Shown in pieces: positions 50,333 to 60,000 of a DNA stretch of 60,000 nt. Within the stretch, counting starts at the first letter, position 1; each line of letters begins with the position of its first letter. Below the pieces are notes generated by a model that worked only from the letters and a program-made list of their open reading frames with translations, had not been told where the DNA came from and did no database searches. The stretch covers positions 6,822,001 through 6,882,000 of the forward strand of contig NW_024704742.1 in assembly GCF_018977255.1 (NCBI RefSeq), in the 5' to 3' direction. The stretch is from Callorhinchus milii. Taxonomy: Eukaryota. Position numbers and translations under genes: made by a program.

Positions 50333-52009
50333 GTTGCCTTGATTTGCAGCCTATTGTACAGATATATCGATACTTATTTAGAGATATATTTATTTTTTCT
50401 TCATGTTCAGAACTATTCGATGTGAGACAATACTAACAGGTATGTGAAGCATGTTGAATGAAGAAGAAATGCTCAGTCAAGTGAAACTCTATTTCTGATC
50501 CTTTACTATTTCTTATCTATATGCCTCCCTTTTGGGGGGTAAAAATAGTCAGTACAAATTGGGCATTGGTGGTGGAATACGGTGGGTACAAAGACAGTTC
50601 CAAACAGGTGAGTATTTCAGGGATTTCACATACTATTGTTCCCTTGTCGATCTAATACTGAAAACCTCTCCGCAGCTTTGAAATGATTTACAATTTGCAC
50701 AATGTTCAAGGACGTACTGTGTAAACATATAAAAAGTATTTATAATTGTGCACAATTTAAACAGAATATTTATTTTAGTTCCAATTCACTGATGGAACTT
50801 GAATTAACAATAAATTGTGTTGACATTGGAATATTGGACAGTTGGTATACATTCATGCGTATATATATATAGTGTGTTGTAAAATAAAAGATTCATTCAT
50901 TTCGTCCCACCAAACTCTGTGGCGAAACAGGCGTCTTTTCTGTAGAGCATTGGTGCCATACCTAGTTTAAACAATCAGCATTAAACAATAACGGTACAAC
51001 AATAAAATAACAAGGACTTGTAACATGCAAAAAAAAAAGCCTCAGAAGTTGGCACTATGATGTTCACGTTTGAAATGAAATTCCTCAGAATCTTCAATTA
51101 ATGTCAAATGTAAGGGAATCAAAGGGTAGCGTCCCAGCGCACAGGTACCGTTTTATCAAGTAAAAGACTATCCCAATTTGCAGAAAGTCAGGAAACACAG
51201 GAATTTTGCTTCTGTTGCATTCTTGAACAAGTAGTCACAAAGTTCAGTGAGTGTCGAGCAGACAGATGCATGTAATGAGGTGTTGCAACACTTCAGCAAC
51301 GCACAGCATGAGTACCCCAATCATGAACGCATGAAAAAGCAGCGACTTGTGGACTAGGTCCAACACTACAGAAAGCAGAGGTCTTGTTTGAAGTGAAGAA
51401 AGTTTGTTCCATGGTCGCTCTGGCTTCCCAGCATTTCTGCTGCATTAGTAATCGTCTATTCTGTGTGCTGCCACGAACAGGCCGGTGACCCACCAAACCA
51501 CAGCCAGGGGTGAAAAGGACAAAACCCAAGAACCGTTGTCGTGGACTGAATGTAAACTGAAAAATAAATCTCCTTCCTTCCCACCCATTATTTGTGCCAG
51601 AAGGAACAGCTAGGAGTCCGTGGGTTTAGGGCTACGTGTCAACCATCACATCCCCTGTATATCTATGTGAGTAAAGTGCAAACACAGTCTGGTCGATGTT
51701 TTATCAAGCCTTTGATTTCATTTGCATGAAAAGTACTGCTTCTGATGTCAGCAAAATATCCAACATCCTCCACTCCTTGCCAGAAGCTGCTTTTCTCATT
51801 CTCCCAATGAAAAAAAAAGGTCATGTACATTTCTGGGGGTAGGGAGCATGGTGTCAAAGAGGGTATATAAGAATTATTAACTTGGTTTTTATGTCAAAAG
51901 AACCCACATTTTATGCTACCTTCCGCCCGGTCACTTAACAACAACAACAACAAGATTGCATTTATAGAGCGCCTTTCACGTCGGGAGATCATACGTGACA
52001 TGGATTAAA

Positions 52010-52500
52010 TGACTGTTGCCACTACCTCTCCCCTCAGGCCACCGAGATCCTTATCCATGCTTTTATCTTGTCCAGGCTTGACAATGCTAATCCTCTGCTT
52101 GCCAGACTTTCCAACTCTTCCCTCCACAAGCTGCAGACCATTCAAAACCCTGCAGCTCGTTTTCTCTCGTGCACCAGGCACTGTGACCAATAGCATCCCC
52201 GTCCTCGCCTGGCACCACAGGCTCTCCATCCGCCAGAGGGTAGAGTTCAACATCATCGTCCTCGCTTTTAAAGTCCTCCACTGTCTGTAACTCCGTGACT
52301 CACTAAAACCTTACAGACCCACCCACTCCCTCAGCACCTGCCTGCTCCACATTCCCCCACCCTGCCCACCCCACCATCAACTGTGAAACCTTCAGCCTTT
52401 CTGCCCCACTCCATCCCTTCACCTCGCATCTTCTCTGGCCTCCTTCAAAGTTCATCTCAAGGACCTTCCCCTTTGACCCCACGCCTTCGGTCATCTACTT
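52010..52500 (+). mobile_element. L2 LINE 3' fragment
   Basis: SRLDNAN, KLQTIQN and WLSIRQRVEF-like motifs in broken frames. Confidence 0.75.
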
Positions 52501-55500
52501 AAATGTCCCTTATCACAAGACAACAACAACTTGTATTTATATTGCGCCCTTTACGCAGGTCAGCATTAAGATATAGGAGGGAGTTGTAAGGCAATCCCAG
52601 GGCTGAAATAATTTGGGCGAACCACATTATGGAAGAATACTGGCAATCAAGAAGTTCTTTTAACAAATCAAAATGACCTTTTAAAATGTTAACCCAATCC
52701 GAGAATGCTTCAAATTTTGTTTTAATGTAGTCAGCAAGTGTTGATCACTTTGATTTTTCAATGCACCGGATACATTTGCTTAAATCTCGCTCTGGGTCAA
52801 TCCTTTCTCGTTAGACACATCGGAATCAGTGGAATGTATATGATCTTGTGAAGAGGTGTTTTATTTTCAACAATGGCTCCCACAAGCATCAATGAGGTGA
52901 AATACTAATTTATTGATCAGAACCACAGAAGGAACTCCATTTCTCTTCAAGAAACTGTCGCAGGATGTTTAACAACAACACATCTGACGATGCAGCTATC
53001 CTCCAACCCTGCACTGGAGTGTTCAGCCGAGACAGATGGTGAACCCAAGTCCCGATGTGGGGCTTGAACCCACAAACGTCTTACCTGGAGCCAGAGCAGT
53101 ACCAACTGAGCCAAAATGACACGCAGCGATAAATCCAACACACTCAATGCCCACACAATGTGGTGAAAAATGAAAGCATGAGTTATACAATAAATTGCAG
53201 AGGCAGAGTAGCAGAATCGAAGTTTAACTTCTGTGAGGTTCTGCTGCTCTGGCCCAGTGTGTACTAGAACACTGTTGGGACGATGCATTTGAAACAAGTG
53301 ACCACAAATGTGAACCGCAAGCAAACCCCACTCGGGCTTGTGAAACTTTGGCTCTAATCTTGGAGCAATTCAGCAGCGTTCCCTGCAGAAAAACAAACAT
53401 CTCACAGTGCAGACGCTTTGACTAAGTCATGCTGTGGGAATGCTTCTTCAACCCCCACTGCATTCAGATTGAGCTACTGCGCCACGCACAGAAGGAATTG
53501 CATCAGATAAAGGTGCAGAAATGAGCAACGTGGCATGTTACAAGTGTAAAGGTGAAATGAGATGGAGAGAGAACAAAATGAAGGTGAGGGGAGTGCGCGG
53601 GGAGGGAGGGAGGGAGGGAGGGAGAGGTGTACTGAAGTCCTGGGTGGGCATAAGTAAGTAGAAATCTGGCTATCCCAATCCCAACCACTTTATTGATCCG
53701 AGTGATGTTGCTTCACTCTGTGCTTGTTGCCCCAGCTCTTTCTACCGGGCGCATTGCTACCATGGGTTAAATTCCACTGAACGGGGAAGTTACTAACCAC
53801 AGCAATGGCTTTTATGAGCGGATTGCCGACCAGTGGAACTTCATACCTCTCCAACGCGGTCACGATCTCTGGGATCTCCCAGGGTTCCACTCCCCTGCCT
53901 TCAACCTCCACTCCGCCTCTTCTGCCTGTTTCAAACCCCTTCCCCGTCCACCCCATCTTTCGGTAGCCTGAGCTTTCAGCCACTTTGCCTTCCTATTTAA
54001 GGATCTCTCTCTCTCCTTAAACCCTCCACCTGGCTCCCTTCCTCCTTCTCTGTTGTTAAACTCATCTAAAAACTTCTATTTGACTGCATTCTCAGTCATC
54101 TCCTGTCTACCCACCATGGTCTCGCCCTCCACAGACTCCCACGTAATCTCTGTAGAAAGCAGGCTGTTGTTGTTATCGAAACACTCACTATTTGAACAAA
54201 ATTATGCATAAAACTAAAGACTAAGCACGAGAAACATACACGCGATGGCTTTAAAGCTAGTTATCATCGCTTAAGAAGGCCTTGAATTTTAAAGCTAAAC
54301 CTTAAAATCTCTCAGCTGTGGTGCATAACATCATCTCAACCACTTCGACATATCACCCACAGCCCTGCGATTTGCTCCTACTAACCGCTCATCTGCAGCT
54401 AAACTTGAGAATTTGTCTTGCTTCGCTCCAGTCAAAACATTCTACGCAAACCGAACTCTGAACGAACAATGCAGGCTGAGAACGCAAGGATAAATGGCAA
54501 GTTGACTCTTGACATACCAGTCAGAATTGTTCATTTACTCAACCCTTCCATTAGTGTGAAATCAGTCCCTCGCTCAGGCATTCTTCATGTCGGTTCCTTC
54601 TCTCCTCTCTCTCGCTCACCCCCTCCCACCTCTACTAGATGCTCTTTGCTGTTTTCAAAACATGCATGTGTTTCTGATCATGTAACATCTGTAAGAGATG
54701 ACATTCAGTAAATCGACAGTTGAATATTATGTGGCAACGTTGAGGAATTGAATGATTACCATTAAGCGTTCATAACTTTCTGGGAGCCACAGAATAAATT
54801 AACCCGTAAGCTGCTGCACAAAGATACACGCTTCTTCTCCCTCCATGAACGCCACAAATGATGAATCGGTGCCATTACCACTTGGTCTTCAAAAAGACAC
54901 CTTATTTCTCCTACTTTACCTGCGTAGCTCTTTCGGCATCTGCCATTCCCCAGCCCCTGAACCATAATCAAAGGGGCTAAAGCGGTTTCTACGTTCAAAG
55001 CCTACGAAACACAGCCGCTGCATTTCCTAGTAAATCCTGTGAAGTGCTCTCAATGTGAAAAGCGCCATACAAAATGCAAAGATTGTCCCTATTATATGAC
55101 GGTGTGTTATTGTATGGCCTTTGGGTGATAATGCCACATTACCAGCTCACAGCACAGTGCGTTGTGGCATCTCACCACACCGGCTTCAGGTCCATCTTTA
55201 GATAGAATACAGATATGTGGGAGTCATACCAAAGAAAATATTTAGGCAAAGCAGAATTCAGTGAGGTACACCCAGAATATAATTCAGAGCGCAGTGAAGG
55301 GCCTGCGAGATGTAATTTCAGCTGCAGAAGTGTACAATGATAAGAAAAAAGGCTTCACGTATACTTAACAGGAAGCCTGAACCTAACCCTGCTGCTATCA
55401 AGCTTATATTTTGGAAAGTCGAGTTGATTGAAGCTGACGTGACTTGGCAACCCAGGCTTTAAAATACAGAGCAGCCATTGCACTTTACTTGCACATGGAG

Positions 55501-58399
55501 GTAGGACAAGGACAGAATAAGAATCTTGACAGTCCGCCTGGACCAAACGTCACAGACTGCCTAATGCTTTCAGGAAAGATCTTGTTTCCATTTCACTCTA
55601 TCTCATTCAAACTTTAGAACCAGCCAATGTATTTTTGAATCGCACGCTGACGTGGCGAACTTCTACTTAGCAATAACTTTGCAAATTCACCACTATTATA
55701 TATTCAGGGTAATTTGTGTATTTTTTTTTAAATTTCAGATCGCTTTCTGGCTAATTAACTCGCCACTACACTGTTGGAAATAAAGTTTAAAAACCGCGAC
55801 CTACATCGAAACACAAATCAAATTTGACTCGCAGGCAGAAGTGTTTTTTTTGCTTGTTTCTGAGAAACAAATGTGTTTCTCATCAAGTAATGTTCCTGGT
55901 AGAATGTTTCTTAAACCACAGTGGAGTTGAATGATGAGGACTGGGGAAGACACCATGTGTAACGTGCTTGTGTACGTGTGCTGAAGAACAAGAAACACAG
56001 TCATTTCACTTTACAGTATATCCTGTCAAGCGCTTTGAGACGTCTCGAAGACGTGATAAGGCGCTATATCAAATGAAAGGATTAGTATAACACAAAAACT
56101 TCATCTCCCAGGTTCTTTTTTGGCCACATAGCCAGGTCACCACTTCGGATTTGTTGAGTTAATTTGATATAACGACAAAATAATGGTCGATATATTTGAT
56201 ATAGCACCTTTTATATCAGGAGGACGTCTCAAAATGCTGAACAAGATATACTGCAAAGTGACTGCGTACCTTGTGGGCGATTTGGACACAACAACATCCT
56301 ACAAACAGCCACGAAGTTTGTAGTTGAGCGAATTTTACTTGGGGTAATTGTTGTCCAGGACACCGGGAGAAACTCCATGCTGCGCGTGCCATTTATGAAT
56401 CATAGCCTTTATGGACTTTCTTGGATTATACCCCATTGACAAAAAGTTACAATTTGTAATTTTGATCTTTCTTTTAAAAAAATTTCAACATCAAAAGCAA
56501 TTTGCATTTTTTTTTTAGCTTACTTATTCAACATTTCCACTTTGACGCCTATCCAAATGCCAGAATTGTGAATGGAATCACACCTCTTCAGAGGAAGGGT
56601 ACAAGGTTTGCAGCCTCGCCGGTGCAAAGCATGTTAATATCTGTGTCCCCATTAAATTATTTATTGTGTTTCACATTTTTCTGGCAGTTATTAGTCGAAT
56701 AAAAGTATAATGGAAACACTCTAAATTCGCTAACCAAACAGCTGACTGCAAGTAAACCTTGGGGAAACTAGAGGTCCATAGTGGCACTTTCTCTCCAGAC
56801 TCTCTTATGTCGATATTGTGGCTTTAGGATCGAGCGATATTACAATGCTCCGCGCAGGTGTCCTGTCAGAGAAGCCTTCCCTGCACAGCCAGCTTGTTGT
56901 GCTGTATTGGGAATGCTCACGGGCTAAACTTTTGTGCGATGCTGAAGCAGAATAAAAGCAGTAGGAAGTTCTGGCACAGTCGAAAATAGAGACTCGCTCA
57001 GTGGTTTTTAAATGGAATCAGACGCAAGCGTAATTTAAAACATGGGGGGAAAATATTTCAGTGTTATATTTTATACTTTTATTCTTCTCCAGAACTGCTG
57101 ACATTTACAACTTCAGTTACATTTAACTTTTGCAGTTTGCCACTTTAAACAGCACAGTAGGGATTTATTTTTCCCCTGAGCTCTTTGACTTGCTGTCGTG
57201 TCTCCAATTTTCTCTGATAATGAGCCACTTTTTTCTCTGGCCTCGCCCAGCCACGGAATTGCAAATAGTATTCTGCGATTGACAACCGGCATCAATCTCC
57301 CTAGCTATTGCAATAGAGGTGCAAAAAGCTCTTGTTTAAGAATGAATCACTGCAATTCTTCATGGCTTGGCATTATTACAGACACTGAACATATAACTGG
57401 ACAACAATGAGCCCAGTAAAGAGCGGAGGGAGGGAGGGAGCGCGGAGCTCAATCTTTGCCTGACGGTAAATTTGCCAAACTTTGAAAAAGCATTATCCGT
57501 GTCAGTAAATCTAGCGGCAAATAAGACATGCTCTCTCAGTTAATAAATGCCCTGCGTTCCGAGGTAAGGGAACTGAAAGAAAGATAAACGGTCTCACACT
57601 CCGATTTTCCAATAATACAGAGAGCTTGAAGACCTGAAAGAGACATAGCAGTTTAAAGAGCAGTTCTTGATTTGCTGGCTGTGACTCGCCAGCTGAATCA
57701 ACAACAAAAAATTGCATTTATATAGCGTCTTTCTCATCAGGAGTCAAAATAACCCTACAAGTAAATCCGACGACCTATTTTCTTCATGTACACTCTTGGG
57801 CTGAGAAGGATAAGAATAAGTGAGAGAATTAATTGATGCAAAGACTCATTTCACCCCATCTTTTTACCAAAGATAGAATTCCTCATAATCCAAAGAAAAC
57901 ACAGCTTGTGTGTCAATGTTATTATTATAAGGTGCAGAATTTTTTTACGTTAGTTTTTGTTACGTTAAAGATTCCATGACACTATTCAAAAACGTTTCTG
58001 TCTCTCGAAGTCCTGGCCAACAATCCCGCAAATAAAATGGGTCACTCACTCCGTCGCTGTTTGCGGGACATTGCTGTGCGCAACTGGTGGCCACATTTCA
58101 CGCACAAAATACCCAGTCGCCACACTTTACAGTATCTTCTGTGATGTGCTTTGCGATGCCTCTGAACGACGTGAAAAGGTGCTATATCAAGTGCAAGGAT
58201 TATTATCAGCGCTTTGGGACATCCTCCCGACGTGAAAGGCGCTCTATAAATGTAATTTTGTTGTTGTTGTTATTGTATTATCATTATTACTTTAGGTCAA
58301 GCAGTTTGGGTGCACAAAGGAGAATTTAAAATCCCCTTATACAGGGTATTCCCTATTTCTTTATCTAATTACCTGAACAAAATGCAATCGTCTTACAAG

Positions 58400-58783
58400 T
58401 CAACCTGATTTAGTTGGTAGCACTCTCGTCTCTGAAACCGAAAATTGTGGGTTCAAGCCTCATGTTGAGACTTTGAGCTCACATAGTCCAGGTGACATAG
58501 TTCGAATGCAGTGCTAGAGACAGGCTGCACTGTTGGAAAGGCTGACTTACAAATGAGATGTTAAATTGAGGTCTAGTCTGTCTACTCAGGTGGACGTCAA
58601 AGATCCCCAATGCGTTATCCGAAAAGTGAAAAGAATTTCATCAGGTGTCCTGCCTATCTTTGCGACAATCTTGTGCCCAAATTAGCTACTGTGTTCACCT
58701 ACAAAATGCAGTCACTGCAGCAAGTCCTTTGCGACATCCTCTTCATGTGAAAGGCACTGTATCAAAGGCAAGCATTATTATTA
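58400..58783 (+). mobile_element. DeuSINE-type element, family B
   Basis: tagttggtagcactctcgtctctg...gggttcaagcc, gagatgttaaattgaggtc, tail gtgaaaggcactgtatcaaaggcaagc(att)n. Confidence 0.78.
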
Positions 58784-60000
58784 TCGTTAATATAAGTTAA
58801 AAATCAAAATAGAGATGTTACAAAATTACCAGACAGCACAAAATAATAGCTTCCGAAGATTGAATGTAACCTGAAATGCTAATAGCCAAAGTTATTAAAA
58901 TTTTGCTACTCCATTATAAGGCCTGAAATTCCACCTATTCTTAGCCTGTTTTCCTTACACTATATTTCCAGTGCCTTGGCACGTCTTCCCGACGTGAAAA
59001 GGCGCTACACAAATGTAATTTTTGTTGTTGTTATAAGATCGTGCAGAATTGTGGAAAAATCTCAAATGTCTTAATTTGGAAGCTCATTTCTTTTGAAGAA
59101 CTGTGGGAAAAAAAACATCTTGCATATTAAGACTGAGTGCAAGGATTTGGGATAATCTTCAAAAATTTAAGACAAAAACTAATAATCCTAAACGGGATTT
59201 TCTATGAAGTGGAACGATTGTATGTTTTTTTAGGCAAACGTGTGCAGACAACTTGTGCAGAGCAGTATAGCAAAATCGAACAAACAACCACGACATGATC
59301 TTTAATCTGCGGAATTGTTGTCTGGACACTGGACACATTCCCTGGAGCAGCAACTGGAACCATATCCATCTGGTGGGGCAGCTCTGAGGGAATTTAGACA
59401 GCATTGAACCGAGTTTGAATGGCATTGGTCATTTCAACCAAGTTGTCCCCAGATTTTATTCAGCAACTTTCTTAAAACTTCAAATTAACTCCACCTCTAG
59501 AGTAGAATTCTGCTAATGCTTGCGAGAGGCATATAGCATCACCACTTGTGGCAGTAATTCTGTGTATCGGCAGGATTATTTATAAGCGTAACTACACATT
59601 TAAACACCTAATTTAAACCAGGCAAAACCATTTCTTCAATTGACCTCCTGTGAATTTGAGGTGAATTCCATAAATTCTAATTAAAGAACAGTCTGGGGAA
59701 CACTTGCAAAAATCTATCTGTGTGACCTTAAGCACAATCCCTACACGCTTCTCATTATAAGCTGAAAGTTTACATTTGCTATAACGTTTATTTTCCTAAG
59801 GTTGTCAGGCACAACCTGATCGATGCTTTGGGTTTTGTGTCCCTGATTTTTGAAGCCCTTTGGTGCTTTAATATGATGCAACACAGTGTGCCAATGCTTA
59901 ACCTAAATCCTACTGACTGCATTTCAATCTTCATTGCAGCGTTATCTGATTTCAATGATACACTGACCTCTTGGCCCATCGCTTTCCAAGTCTCAGCAAT

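Noticed and set aside
38600..60000. Expected upstream FAT4 cadherin exon, and the next laminin-G exon within 1-9167
   Set aside because: No cadherin or laminin-G coding sequence with splice sites was found by eye; they probably lie outside the window, though a short exon could have been missed.

Overview
Eukaryotic (vertebrate) genomic DNA, most likely a cartilaginous fish, inferred from the DeuSINE/L2/CR1/Penelope repeat content. The whole window lies inside one minus-strand gene, the giant atypical cadherin FAT4. Five coding exons were resolved by hand with GT-AG boundaries and matching phases: 38599-38419 (181 nt), 31720-31470 (251 nt), 26764-22406 (4359 nt), 19408-19304 (105 nt) and 9475-9168 (308 nt). 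They encode cadherin repeats, then EGF-like repeats, then the first laminin-G domain; the flanking exons were not found in the window. The rest is intron, filled with decayed L2 and CR1 LINEs, two tRNA-headed SINE families with L2-type tails, MITE-like elements and microsatellites. Almost all other ORFs in the track are spurious or repeat-derived. No new multi-gene system is evident. The most unusual signal is a decayed duplicate of an exon end 133 nt into an intron that now reads branch point + pyrimidine tract + CAG|GTAACA, a candidate newly born recursive splice site. Also notable are a perfect 34-bp intronic hairpin next to an acceptor, a decayed Penelope-type hammerhead and an unclassified ~500-bp repeat family. 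Repeat boundaries are approximate and no database search was run.
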